Part shown: positions 1-9,375 of the stretch, one piece after another
How positions within the stretch are numbered: position 1 is the stretch's first letter
How the letters are laid out: every line of letters begins with the position of its first letter
Assembly: GCA_050943115.1 (NCBI GenBank)
Contig: JBMNON010000006.1
Location: forward strand, 963 to 64,962
From: Patescibacteria group bacterium
Lineage (GTDB): Bacteria; Patescibacteriota; Microgenomatia; UBA12405
Direction: 5' to 3'
Length of the DNA: 64,000 nt
Notes under the pieces: generated by a model
What the model was told of the DNA's origin: nothing
The model's input: only the letters and a program-made list of their open reading frames with translations
Databases searched by the model: none
Translations under genes and position numbers: made by a program

Positions 1-8
1 GTGTATCT

Positions 9-248
9 GTGATTATGAGGACCGATTTCCCGAATATGAAACTAGCTAAAGAAATTATGGCCAACAATCCAGCTGAGATATTTTTCAAACCAGCAAGCAA
101 GGCGGTGGCACGTGCGACGGGCGTCCCAGAGTCTAACGAACTGACAACCCCTGACGAAGCCATATTAGTAACAATGTATGGAGGAAATCAGAAAATAACT
201 ATAAGTAAGGTTAGACCGAAAGAGATTTATCAGGAGATTTTTGAGTGA
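9..248 (+). CDS. hypothetical small protein (GTG start; frame is open to the window start so it may be the 3' part of a longer gene)
   Basis: ORF track only. Its stop overlaps the next ORF start by 4 nt (ATGA), consistent with translational coupling. No recognisable motifs. Confidence 0.3.
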   Translation: MIMRTDFPNMKLAKEIMANNPAEIFFKPASKAVARATGVPESNELTTPDEAILVTMYGGNQKITISKVRPKEIYQEIFE

Positions 249-931
249 AAAAGATAGGTAAATATATCTTTTTTTTATTGATTGTTTGTATTGTAGGGTT
301 TGGTTTTTATACTTATGAGTTGCATCATTTAGCGATTGAGGGTAATAAAATTTTTGGATTAAGATGTTCAAAGGTTAATCCCCCTTTAATCGCTTACAAA
401 AACTCGTTTCTAAAATGGGCTGATTTTCTTAACAACCCGGAAGCACATAAAGATGATGACATGATGGTTTATTATCTTGACTATGTTGATAATCTGAGAA
501 AGTACGTTAAAGAGGAGAATGCGTGGCTTGAAATACATAAAAAATTTGGAAAGAGACTTGATTTTAAATTAATTGAACCATGGTATTTGAAGCAAGGTTG
601 GGATTATCAATACCAGATGTACTTGGGTTATAGGGACGATGCTCAGGGAATGCTTGATATTTATGACAAGTATCAACAGGAGTCTGAAGACAATCTGATG
701 GCGAAACAAACGGAGGCCAGAAATAGGAGAAATGAAGCCAGTCAGGCTTATTTTGATTTTTTTAACATGGCTTCAGAAATTTCAGATTGGAGGAAAATAT
801 TTGGCAATGTTCCAGAACCAGTGGAATGCAATGATACTAACTTGATAATCCCAGATACAGGAGGGGCAATTTTTTGGAATGGTACCCCGACGCCAGCTCC
901 ATCGCTCTCTAATGACGACGACTTGGGATAA
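245..931 (+). CDS. hypothetical membrane-anchored protein (single N-terminal TM helix, acidic/aromatic ectodomain)
   Basis: The N-terminus KYIFFLLIVCIVGFGFYTY is strongly hydrophobic. There is no recognisable catalytic motif. Start overlaps the previous ORF by 4 nt. Confidence 0.4.
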   Translation: MKKIGKYIFFLLIVCIVGFGFYTYELHHLAIEGNKIFGLRCSKVNPPLIAYKNSFLKWADFLNNPEAHKDDDMMVYYLDYVDNLRKYVKEENAWLEIHKKFGKRLDFKLIEPWYLKQGWDYQYQMYLGYRDDAQGMLDIYDKYQQESEDNLMAKQTEARNRRNEASQAYFDFFNMASEISDWRKIFGNVPEPVECNDTNLIIPDTGGAIFWNGTPTPAPSLSNDDDLG

Positions 932-1016
932 GATCACATATTACCGATGTTTATCCTTAAAGAGCAACTCTCATTTATCGTCTTTCCAGCGATAATGGTA
1001 TCCAAGTGGCGCTAAT

Positions 1017-1079
1017 GGCTTTAAAGGCCTTAGAGGTTTTAAAGGTTGGAGAGGTTTAAGAGGTTTTAGCGGTTTAATC
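1017..1079. repeat. 9-bp tandem repeat, 7 copies, consensus GGTTTTARA
   Basis: Direct reading gives ggctttaaa ggccttaga ggttttaaa ggttggaga ggtttaaga ggttttagc ggtttaatc. It lies in the convergent 3' intergenic region between the 245-931 ORF and lexA. Confidence 0.5.
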
Positions 1080-1112
1080 TTTGGTAAAGTTAGTTTAAAA
1101 GGATCTTTATTT

Positions 1113-1766
1113 TTAACTAATGTCCATGACATTCTTGTTCACCTCCTCTTCTTTTAAGACTGATATTAACTTGCCTTGAATGGTAAACGGACCAACGATA
1201 GGTTTGTGGTCTGGATTTGTACTAGAAGGAAAGAGGATAGGTACACCCTCAACAATTCTATATTTTTTTAGAGTTATCCCACAATTGTCGTGAAGGGCGG
1301 CTACAATATCACCATCACTTGCGACTAACTGGGGCATAATTAAAGCATAATCACCATCGTCAATTCCGACTTTGTTCATACTATCCCCTTTGACCCTAAC
1401 CGCAATAACGTTCCTCACTCCCTTTGTTTGTGTCAGTGAAACTTTTATCTGTGTGTCTACATTTACATCAATAATAGATGGCGATCCCGCTGGGATACAT
1501 GCATCCATTAGGTCAATGGAAATATAGGTTTCTTCGTTGGGGTTTAAAACACTAGGATCAACAATTATCCCTCTAGATCCTTTTTTCCTTTTAATAAAGC
1601 CGTTTATTTCAAGCGCAAGTAACTGTAGAGTTATTCCACGTAAGGATTTTATATCGGTTCTCTCTTTTATCTCTCTAACAGTGGGCGGATATCCGAGCGT
1701 TTTAATATTTTCTACTATTACATCTAAAACTTTTTTTTGATTTTCCGTTAATTTGTTGTAATCCAT
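1113..1766 (-). CDS. lexA: LexA repressor (N-terminal winged-helix DNA-binding domain plus C-terminal S24 autopeptidase)
   Basis: The S24 serine motif VKGDSMNK and the downstream Lys (ITLKKY) are present. The N-terminal region has HTH character (KVLDVIVENIKTLGYPPTVREI). Confidence 0.85.
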   Translation of the reverse strand: MDYNKLTENQKKVLDVIVENIKTLGYPPTVREIKERTDIKSLRGITLQLLALEINGFIKRKKGSRGIIVDPSVLNPNEETYISIDLMDACIPAGSPSIIDVNVDTQIKVSLTQTKGVRNVIAVRVKGDSMNKVGIDDGDYALIMPQLVASDGDIVAALHDNCGITLKKYRIVEGVPILFPSSTNPDHKPIVGPFTIQGKLISVLKEEEVNKNVMDIS

Positions 1767-1769
1767 AGG

Positions 1770-1804
1770 TAGTAGACTTTTGTCTACTAATTGTAGTCTA
1801 CCTA
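1770..1804. promoter_or_regulatory. candidate LexA operator: perfect 8-4-8 palindrome TAGTAGAC-TTTT-GTCTACTA plus an adjacent third half-site-like GTCTACCTA, placed between a sigma70-like promoter and the lexA start codon
   Basis: On the lexA strand the order is TTGACT, 17 nt, TATCAT, the palindrome, then ATG. This is typical autoregulatory placement overlapping the TSS and 5' UTR. Confidence 0.4.
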
Positions 1805-1989
1805 TTTTGATGATAATATATTTTCAGTTATAAGTCAAATTTAGAGGAGCCACCGCTTATGTTGCCTAGCAAGCTTAACAAAAAATAAAGTGGAGGAATG
1901 AAAAATTCACCCCTCCACCACTTGATTCAAATTTATTATTACAGTTATAAAGAAAACTGCAAGGGGTGATGCGGTAACGATTTAAAATT

Positions 1990-2361
1990 GTGGACTTTGA
2001 ATGGAGTGGCTATCTAAGCCTAAATAGGGAGAACGTTAATAGTATCATCGCTTCTACTCCCGGAGTATATAAACTAGCCTTTTGGAATGGAGAGTCTTGG
2101 ACTCCGTTTTATGTAGGTCAGTCGGATGACTTGTCTGTAAGAATGGGACAATATCTAATTCTTGATACTGACAACGATTGTATTAAAAACCATATCAGAA
2201 GATATTCGTGTGGTTTTAATCTGGCCAAGGTTGTCGGTCAAGCAAATCGTGATGTTGCAGAAAGAACTCTATATGACCATTATTCGGCAAACTTTGACCT
2301 GTGCAATGATCCTGACTGTATTCCTGATGTCCAACCAGTACATGTAAATGCGTGGAACTAA
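1990..2361 (+). CDS. GIY-YIG domain nuclease-like small protein
   Basis: It carries GVYKL...FYVGQSDDLSVRMGQY (a GIY...YVG...R...Y pattern) and a later AER acidic residue. It is divergent from lexA. Confidence 0.5.
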   Translation: MDFEWSGYLSLNRENVNSIIASTPGVYKLAFWNGESWTPFYVGQSDDLSVRMGQYLILDTDNDCIKNHIRRYSCGFNLAKVVGQANRDVAERTLYDHYSANFDLCNDPDCIPDVQPVHVNAWN

Positions 2362-2392
2362 TAGTTAGCGCCAGGGTGTAACGACTCTGGCG

Positions 2393-3565
2393 CTATTTTT
2401 TCTTAAAATATTTTTTACCCTTCAACTTCTCAGGCAATAAATCCTCTTTGGTATACATTTCATACCCTTTCCCGTAGCCGATTTCTTTCATCAACTTTGT
2501 GGGTGCGTTTCTTAAATTTAGTGGTATCGGTAAATTCCCAAACTTCTTAACATCAGCCAAAGCGGCCATGTAGGCATCATAAGCACTGCGATCTTTAGGA
2601 GCAAGTGAAAGATAAACCACGCCATGAGCTAAGTTCTCCTGACACTCTGGATAACCGATTGTTTCGACTGCTCTAAACACCTGATTGGCAAGCAGGAGGG
2701 CATTTGAGTTTGCGATACCGATGTCCTCACTGGCAAAGATAACCATACGTCTAGCAATGAACTTTGGATCTTCCCCTGCTTCGACTAAACGTGCTAAGTA
2801 ATACAGTGCCGCATCGACATTTGAAGCCCTCATACTTTTCAATAATGAGCTAATGGTGTTGTAGTGCTCCTCGCCTTTTTTGTCGAAACGAAGATATTTA
2901 TTCTGAAGTGTAGATTTGAGATTGTCGATGGTTAGTTTGCCATAAAGAGTAAAGGCATTGTCCAGCATGGTTATTGCTTGGCGGGCGTCGCCGTTGGCCA
3001 TTTGGATGAGCCAATCCCGGGCTTCTTTGGATATTTTGACTCCAAGTTTTTTGACGGACCTGTCGATTATCTCCCCGACTTCGGAGTTGCTTAACTCATT
3101 TAGAACAAAAACCCGGCAACGGGAAAGAAGAGGGCTTATTACCTCAAAGCTGGGGTTTTCGGTGGTGGCACCAATTAAAGTCAAAAGGCCTGATTCAACA
3201 TAAGGCAGGAGGAAATCCTGTTGGGCTTTGTTGAAACGATGAATTTCGTCCAAAAATAAAATCTTTTTTATAAGGGTGGGATTGCCGGATTTAGCTGATT
3301 CAACAATTTTTCTAATATCGTCCTTACCGGCAGAAACAGCAGACAGCTCATAATATTCAGCACCAGCTTCCTTAGCTAGAATACGGGCTAAGGTGGTCTT
3401 GCCGACCCCGGGCGGTCCCCAAAAAATCATGGAAAAAATTTCTTTGTTTTTAATGGCAATCCTGAGGGGTTTGCCCTGCCCTACTAAGTGATTTTGACCG
3501 ATGAATTCGTCAAGATTTTTGGGGCGAATGGAAGAGGCTAGAGGTTCTCGACTGGCGGTGGTCAT
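2393..3565 (-). CDS. rarA: replication-associated recombination protein A (RarA/MgsA, AAA+ ATPase)
   Basis: Walker A motif GPPGVGKTTLARILA and Walker B motif ILFLDEIHRFNKAQQD are present, with full-length RarA-like C-terminal domains. Confidence 0.9.
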   Translation of the reverse strand: MTTASREPLASSIRPKNLDEFIGQNHLVGQGKPLRIAIKNKEIFSMIFWGPPGVGKTTLARILAKEAGAEYYELSAVSAGKDDIRKIVESAKSGNPTLIKKILFLDEIHRFNKAQQDFLLPYVESGLLTLIGATTENPSFEVISPLLSRCRVFVLNELSNSEVGEIIDRSVKKLGVKISKEARDWLIQMANGDARQAITMLDNAFTLYGKLTIDNLKSTLQNKYLRFDKKGEEHYNTISSLLKSMRASNVDAALYYLARLVEAGEDPKFIARRMVIFASEDIGIANSNALLLANQVFRAVETIGYPECQENLAHGVVYLSLAPKDRSAYDAYMAALADVKKFGNLPIPLNLRNAPTKLMKEIGYGKGYEMYTKEDLLPEKLKGKKYFKKK

Positions 3566-3781
3566 GTTTGGGTTTTATTTGGGTATGACTTTAGAATACG
3601 AGGAAACTATCGACAAGTCAATAATATGTTTATTAAAATATTATTATGATACTAAGAAACATAAATCCAATATTGTCCCTAATTTTTGGAATTCTAATAT
3701 TGACCAACCCGAAGTTGCTGTCGACTTTGGTGGGGATTTATTTGATCATCACCGGATTGCTAGGTTTGGGGATTATCCAAC

Positions 3782-4801
3782 TTAGATAGTCTTCTTCTTT
3801 CTCTTGACTAGGTATACCACAGCTAGTATCGGTACCCAAATGGGTGTGTAAACGAAGAGCCAGATGGCGGCGGAACCGACAGAGCGGAAAGTGCCCAGAA
3901 GTGATCTAACCGAATTTTTGAATATAACCGATGGTCTCCAGGCCTTGTCGGGGGTATAAGGAAGAGCGAGCTCATCTGTAGACAAATAAATATTTATCCG
4001 GCTTAGATTGGCTGATTGCTTATAAAATTCCTGTTGGCCTTTGAGGTCATCAATTTGACTTTGAAGATTCACAAGTTCCCTTTGGACATTAAGAAGATCG
4101 CTGACGGCAACTGCGTTTTCAAGAATTGCCTCATATTTAGATTTGGTTTTATTTAATATTTCCAGTTTTGCCCCCAAATCTTCATAACGGTCGGTGACAT
4201 CCCGCCCATAGACATTTTCGGAAACTACCTTGACGGCATAACCTTTAAAAGCTTCCAGGGCTTCGGGGATACGATCATGAGGAACGCGGACACTGATGGT
4301 ACCACTGGCTGATTGTTCGGGCCGATTGAGATTGGAGTTTATGAGGAAACCGCCAAGCCCTCTGGTTTTTGATTCGATGTCTTTGATTGTCTGGGTAACG
4401 TCTTTAACGACAAGAGAAAGGCTAGTGTCCTGGATGACAATACGATCAGGGCTATCTGACGGTGGAGACGAGTTGTAGGCTAATCCCGGAGTGTAGCTTT
4501 CCCTGACAGCACTCTGCGGACTGAGCTTTAAGCTAGTGCCCAAAGAATCAAAAGATAAACCGCCACCACCATAAGAACTGGTGGAATAGTAATTTACTGG
4601 GAAAAGAGTATTTTTCAGAAGATAGGTAATAACGACAAGAAGAATTACAATAAGCCAGTTTTTCTTTAACCAAGCGATCATTTGATTAATGATATCACAA
4701 GAATTTTTTACTGTAAGCGGGAGATAAGAATTGTAAGAATCGAAGTCGCAAGGTATAATAAGGTATATGCTAAAGAAGATTTTGGTTGTTGAAGACGACA
4801 A
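3782..4801 (-). CDS. DUF4349-family coiled-coil membrane protein
   Basis: The segment VRVPHDRIPEALEAF...RDVTDRYEDLGAKLEILN...VSDLLNVQRELVNLQSQIDDLKGQ...INIYLS matches the DUF4349 signature, and there is a C-terminal TM helix. The annotated start overlaps the divergent regulator gene by 35 nt, so the internal ATG at 4681 (MIAWLKK..., directly preceding a TM helix) is the likelier start. Confidence 0.6.
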   Translation of the reverse strand: MSSSTTKIFFSIYLIIPCDFDSYNSYLPLTVKNSCDIINQMIAWLKKNWLIVILLVVITYLLKNTLFPVNYYSTSSYGGGGLSFDSLGTSLKLSPQSAVRESYTPGLAYNSSPPSDSPDRIVIQDTSLSLVVKDVTQTIKDIESKTRGLGGFLINSNLNRPEQSASGTISVRVPHDRIPEALEAFKGYAVKVVSENVYGRDVTDRYEDLGAKLEILNKTKSKYEAILENAVAVSDLLNVQRELVNLQSQIDDLKGQQEFYKQSANLSRINIYLSTDELALPYTPDKAWRPSVIFKNSVRSLLGTFRSVGSAAIWLFVYTPIWVPILAVVYLVKRKKKTI

Positions 4802-5438
4802 AGATTTAAGAGAATACCTAAAAGAACTACTGATGGAAAACGATTATACGGTTGATTTGGTTAGTGATGGCGCTTCGGCCCTAAATTACATTAAGAAAGC
4901 CAAGCCTGATTTGGTAATTTTAGATTTAGGATTACCAGATATAGACGGCAAGTCCGTTTGTTCCAGTATAAAAAAGGACAGTCCTGAGATGCCGGTAATT
5001 ATTTTGACTGCAAGACACAGCACCAGCGATATTGTGTCAGGTCTGAACTTGGGTGCCGATGACTATATATCCAAGCCTTTTGTCGGCGAAGAACTTCTAG
5101 CAAGAATTAAGGTCCAGTTAAGAAACCAAGATAATGACAGCGGACTACTACGGGTCGATGATTTGCTACTGGATAGCAATGCTATGAGAGTTGAGAGAAA
5201 TGGCAAGTCTATAAAATTGACAAAAACCGAGTTTGATTTACTTCGGTATTTAATGTCCAGCAAGGGTAAGGTGCTTACCCGGGAGAATATATTAAACAGA
5301 ATTTGGCTTTATTCCCCTGATATTGAAAGCCGGGTAGTCGATGTATATGTCGGATACTTAAGAAAAAAGATAGACAACGGATATAAGAAGAAACTAATTC
5401 AATCGGTGCGAGGTTTTGGTTACACCATTAAGGAATAA
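4767..5438 (+). CDS. two-component response regulator, OmpR/PhoB family (receiver plus winged-helix)
   Basis: The receiver has Asp residues in ILVVEDDKDL and VILDLGLPDIDG. The C-terminal trans_reg_C region reads LTKTEFDLLRYL...GYLRKKI. A TATAAT box sits 7 nt before the ATG, so the transcript may be leaderless. Confidence 0.85.
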   Translation: MLKKILVVEDDKDLREYLKELLMENDYTVDLVSDGASALNYIKKAKPDLVILDLGLPDIDGKSVCSSIKKDSPEMPVIILTARHSTSDIVSGLNLGADDYISKPFVGEELLARIKVQLRNQDNDSGLLRVDDLLLDSNAMRVERNGKSIKLTKTEFDLLRYLMSSKGKVLTRENILNRIWLYSPDIESRVVDVYVGYLRKKIDNGYKKKLIQSVRGFGYTIKE

Positions 5439-5477
5439 GAATACCCCGACTAAGTCGAGGCATTCCAAAGACATATT

Positions 5478-5846
5478 TTATATTAGTTGATAGATTTTTT
5501 TGACCAGTTCGTTTGATGAAAATGGCTTGCTGAGATAACTGTAACCATTAGTGCCAATTGACCGGACATATTCCTTGGCTTGATCGTGTCCGGATACCAT
5601 AAGAATGGGAATGCCGTTAGTATCTTTGGCATCTTTGAGGAGTTGGGCTATGTTGATGCCATTTTCATTATCTTTTAGAAAAACATCCAGGATTATTAAA
5701 TTGGGCTGGTAACTTCTAATTTTTTGTTGAATAGTGTTGCTGTCGGAAGTGGCGATATAATCGCATCCGGCGTCTTCCAAAACCGAACTCATTCCTTCAA
5801 GAAAATCACTATCATCATCTAAAATAAGTACTTTAGGTTGGTACAT
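5478..5846 (-). CDS. single-domain CheY-like response regulator (receiver only)
   Basis: Receiver motifs are VLILDDDSDFL, LIILDVFL and the conserved Lys in YLSKPF. Confidence 0.8.
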   Translation of the reverse strand: MYQPKVLILDDDSDFLEGMSSVLEDAGCDYIATSDSNTIQQKIRSYQPNLIILDVFLKDNENGINIAQLLKDAKDTNGIPILMVSGHDQAKEYVRSIGTNGYSYLSKPFSSNELVKKIYQLI

Positions 5847-5935
5847 AATTGCTTAATAAATAACAGTATTGTTTATCCGGTTTTCATAAAATAAAGAGGT
5901 ATGAAAAATGAAAGAGATGTGTAAGAAACAAGAAT

Positions 5936-6853
5936 TTAGTTGTCTGTTGGTAAGGTAAGAAGAGCTGACAGACTATTGTCCGAATTTTCAAAAAGCAAGA
6001 TGTTTCCGGCAAACATTTGGAGTATTTCTTCGGAAAGGAGAAGACTGACACCAGGACGCGGCAAAGTAATCGGACTTTGGTGTTTTTTTTGGGATAAGCC
6101 AGAGGGATAGATCATTAATTCAATAGCGTGGGGCTTATAAAAGGCAGTAATAATCAAGTTGTTAGTATTTGACTTTTCCGTTAAAAAAATGCAGTAGTTT
6201 GTTAGTGATTGAATAAAACGAGTTTCATCAACGAAGATATAAGGAGATTTGCCCTGTGGAATTTCGATGGTTACATTCGGTAACTTTTTTTTAAGTTTAA
6301 TCAAAAGAGGTGAGAGGGGCAGTCTCGTAAAATTAAGTCTAAGGATGTTGTCGTTTAGGCGGACCAAGTCAGCAAAATCATTGATTTCAGAAACAAGGGA
6401 TTCGATCTTGGCATCGATTTTTGACAGGTGGCTTAGATTTTTTTTATCAAGGTTAGTTTTGGCTAATTTTGAGAAAAGAATTTCGGCAAACAATTTGATG
6501 GTGGTCAGGGGTGACTTTAATTCGTGACTAACAAACTGAATAAAGGACTCCTGAGGCAAGGGCTCAACAGAGGGGTAAACAAGGATTTTTATGAGAAGAG
6601 AATTGTCCCGGAACCTTTCTTCCACATTAATTGCAAAGATTTGATGATCGGACTTTACTACAAAACGATATTTTTCTACGTCCTCTAAAAGGGTGAGGAT
6701 TTCCTGATAATTCTCTTGACTTTGGGGAAATAAATCAAAAATTGATTTGGCATCTTTTATATTTGGGAGAGTGTCGGAGGCAATAGAGTTGTAGGTGAGG
6801 ATCCGGCCGCTTTTGTTTGTTAAAATTAGCCGATTTTTCGTAGAAACAAGCAT
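5936..6853 (-). CDS. PAS-HisKA sensor protein with a degenerate (G-box-less) catalytic domain
   Basis: The H-box FVSHELKSPLTTIKLFAEIL is present and the N-terminus is PAS-like. The C-terminal ~120 aa lack recognisable N, G1 and G2 ATP-binding boxes. Confidence 0.6.
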   Translation of the reverse strand: MLVSTKNRLILTNKSGRILTYNSIASDTLPNIKDAKSIFDLFPQSQENYQEILTLLEDVEKYRFVVKSDHQIFAINVEERFRDNSLLIKILVYPSVEPLPQESFIQFVSHELKSPLTTIKLFAEILFSKLAKTNLDKKNLSHLSKIDAKIESLVSEINDFADLVRLNDNILRLNFTRLPLSPLLIKLKKKLPNVTIEIPQGKSPYIFVDETRFIQSLTNYCIFLTEKSNTNNLIITAFYKPHAIELMIYPSGLSQKKHQSPITLPRPGVSLLLSEEILQMFAGNILLFENSDNSLSALLTLPTDN

Positions 6854-6995
6854 ATGTTCTATTTTACCAAAATTGAAAAATTACAGGTATTTTAGGCTTT
6901 ATTACACAGCTCTTACGCTTTTTTGATTAGCGTCTTAAGCTTGGTTACTAAGATTATTTTAATATTTATTAGAGTAAAGGAGGTGAGCAACAAGA

Positions 6996-7241
6996 ATGAA
7001 TTTACTACTATGGATTTTGTTGGGTCTGATAGCCGGCTGGTTGGCGTCTGTAATTATGAAAACTAATGCAGAACAAGGACCGATATTGGATATCGTACTA
7101 GGGATTGTCGGTGCGATTGTGGGTGGACTAGTTATGAACTTATTGGGATTCGGAGGTGTTACAGGATTTAACATAGGTAGCATATTGGTTGCCACCCTGG
7201 GAGCAATAGTGCTCATTGCAATCGGCAGGGCTATTAAATAG
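6996..7241 (+). CDS. GlsB/YeaQ/YmgE family (transglycosylase-associated) small membrane stress protein
   Basis: The sequence LLWILLGLIAGWLASVIMKT...GIVGAIVGG is characteristic of this family. Confidence 0.75.
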   Translation: MNLLLWILLGLIAGWLASVIMKTNAEQGPILDIVLGIVGAIVGGLVMNLLGFGGVTGFNIGSILVATLGAIVLIAIGRAIK

Positions 7242-7266
7242 GACTGCTGAACAACGTAGAACCATA

Positions 7267-7296
7267 CAAGCTGCTTTTTAGCAGCTTGTATTTTTT
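7267..7296 (+). terminator. rho-independent terminator
   Basis: The stem caagctgc/gcagcttg (8 bp) with loop ttttta is followed by tattttttg, 26 nt after the stop. Confidence 0.6.
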
Positions 7297-7502
7297 GAAT
7301 AAAAAGATCGATCCTTAACTATGATTTTTTTGGTCTTCAAGCCTTGTTTTTTGTAATAGAGAGAGTCTTTTTCTAGTCTTGCCGGTTTGGTGAAGATGAC
7401 AATGTGAGCCATGAGTTTTTTTAAAATGTTAACTAGATTAAATTTAGTTTTCAGTAAATAGACTTGAGAGAGAATGTAGTAATAATCTGGTAAGAAGCGG
7501 CA

Positions 7503-8822
7503 TTACCTGGTCCAGATTTCAGAAGTAAGCCCACGAAAATTCTTGATTTCTTGTTGATGAAAACCTAAGTTTTGTAAAATAATAGAATGGTTGAGGCCGT
7601 GGATTTCCTGACCATAGGGAACTACGGTAACTTGATTTTGAGCGGCAAGAGTCTCGGTATTGCGATAATCGATAAGTATTGCTTGAGGAGAATAGTAAGA
7701 TAAAGGGTCGGCGAATGAAGAAATTATTAAGACAGGCTTTTGGGTATCGATGGAAGAGGCCAAATCTTTCCAGTCTTCACGATGTTGATTCCAATCGAAA
7801 AGGTAGAAGAAAGAAAATGATACAAAAATTACAAGAACAAGACTAAGATGTCGCCTATCGGCAAAGGATAAGGCTAAACACATAATTGGAATGAGATACA
7901 AAAAGCGGAAGTACTGGAGCATAGGAGAGGTAAAAGAAAAAAGTGTGGCAATAAATATTGGAAAAAAGAAGAGGAAGAGAACAAGTTTATTTTTTAGAAA
8001 CCCTGTTGATGCGATAAAAAAAGTGACAATAACCGATAGTCCGGAGATTAAATAATAAATAACTTTGGGGTAAAAAGTAACTCTGCCGGCAATAAACTTT
8101 ATGGGTATTAAAAGAAGGTTTTTTAGGGTAACTTGACCTAACACTAGTGTCCAATTTTTTACACTAGAAAGCATTAATGATGAGTTCTTATATTGGGATA
8201 CCAGAAGAGGAAAAATTATAAGTAAGGATATAACAAAACCCGGTAAGAGTTTAGGAAATAGGTATCGGTGATTTTTGCCAAAAAAGACAAAAATATAGAA
8301 GGAAACAATTAAAAACACCGACCCATAAAATGTGAGAAAGGCCAATCCGGAAAATAGATTAAAAAGAAACAAGTGACGGAGCTTAATTTGCGGAGAATTT
8401 AAAATTTTAATGAAGTAAAAAGTTGCGGCGGTCAGTAAAAATACGACCAGAGAATACATACGAATTTCATGGGAATAGTAAATTATCAACGGATTAAAAA
8501 GAAACAGGGATAGGGCCCATACAGCAGCCCTACGATTTTTTATAAATCTGACTAAGTGATATAAGTAAAACCCGGCGGCTAAGGACAAAAATATTGACAG
8601 TAGCCGACCCGAAATGACTGATATTGAAAAAGGGGCGGTCCATAGTTTTAGAAGTAAATAGTAACCTGGGGGGTGGAAATCAGAAGGAGAAAATTTATTT
8701 ATAATTTCAAAGAAGGAATAGTTTCTGACAACATTTAGAGAAATCGCTTCGTCCAGCCAAAGGGACTGATTTATGGCAATAAGGCGGCAAATTAAGGCGG
8801 CTAAGAATACTAACAAAAGCAT
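7503..8822 (-). CDS. GT-C fold membrane glycosyltransferase (GT39/ArnT/PMT-like)
   Basis: It is polytopic, with LWLDEAISL...HPPGYYLL in the first extracytoplasmic loop. That DE plus HPP motif is typical of ArnT/PMT-like enzymes. Confidence 0.6.
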   Translation of the reverse strand: MLLLVFLAALICRLIAINQSLWLDEAISLNVVRNYSFFEIINKFSPSDFHPPGYYLLLKLWTAPFSISVISGRLLSIFLSLAAGFYLYHLVRFIKNRRAAVWALSLFLFNPLIIYYSHEIRMYSLVVFLLTAATFYFIKILNSPQIKLRHLFLFNLFSGLAFLTFYGSVFLIVSFYIFVFFGKNHRYLFPKLLPGFVISLLIIFPLLVSQYKNSSLMLSSVKNWTLVLGQVTLKNLLLIPIKFIAGRVTFYPKVIYYLISGLSVIVTFFIASTGFLKNKLVLFLFFFPIFIATLFSFTSPMLQYFRFLYLIPIMCLALSFADRRHLSLVLVIFVSFSFFYLFDWNQHREDWKDLASSIDTQKPVLIISSFADPLSYYSPQAILIDYRNTETLAAQNQVTVVPYGQEIHGLNHSIILQNLGFHQQEIKNFRGLTSEIWTR

Positions 8823-8942
8823 GGTTTATTTTACCTAAAGCATTAACTTTTTACACCAATTGGCAGTCTCCTTCTTGACAAGCTAGCAGTCTTTGTTCTA
8901 TACTGCTAGTGTTATATATTACTCATATGGAGGTTTTATCTT

Positions 8943-9356
8943 ATGAGATATATTTCTGTCAGACCCTGGTCAAGATCAGGGTTAAGGCCACTTTTTTGGG
9001 ATGAAGAAGACTGGCCAGAGGTTAGTACCTCGGAGGGAATTAATGTTTATGAAGAAGACAATAAGGTGGTCGTAGAAGCCCCTATCCCCGGAATGTCCGA
9101 AGATGACATAAAGGTTACTTATGAAGATGGGGTTTTAAGAATTTCAGCCAGAACCGAAGAAAGGAAAGAGGATAAGGAAAAGGGCCGGGTGGTTCACCAA
9201 TGGAGTAAGGTGGCCAGCTTCGATTATACTACTTACCTCCCCCGCCCCATTGACACAAAATCTCTAGAAGCCAATTTAGATAAAGGAGTCTTGACTGTAT
9301 CAGCCGAAGTTGCCCAAGAAGCAAAACCAAAAGAAGTTAAGGTAAAAGTAAAGTAA
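8943..9356 (+). CDS. Hsp20/alpha-crystallin family small heat-shock protein
   Basis: The alpha-crystallin domain VYEEDNKVVVEAPIPGMSEDDIKVTYEDGVLRISA is present. Confidence 0.8.
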   Translation: MRYISVRPWSRSGLRPLFWDEEDWPEVSTSEGINVYEEDNKVVVEAPIPGMSEDDIKVTYEDGVLRISARTEERKEDKEKGRVVHQWSKVASFDYTTYLPRPIDTKSLEANLDKGVLTVSAEVAQEAKPKEVKVKVK

Positions 9357-9375
9357 GCCTAGATACCTTAAACAG

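Noticed and set aside
1017-1079. CRISPR array
   Set aside because: The repeat unit is only 9 bp with no spacers. There are no cas genes in the window.
1537-1740. 67-aa plus-strand ORF inside lexA
   Set aside because: It is antisense to a confidently identified gene and hydrophobic in a way typical of reverse-frame artifacts.
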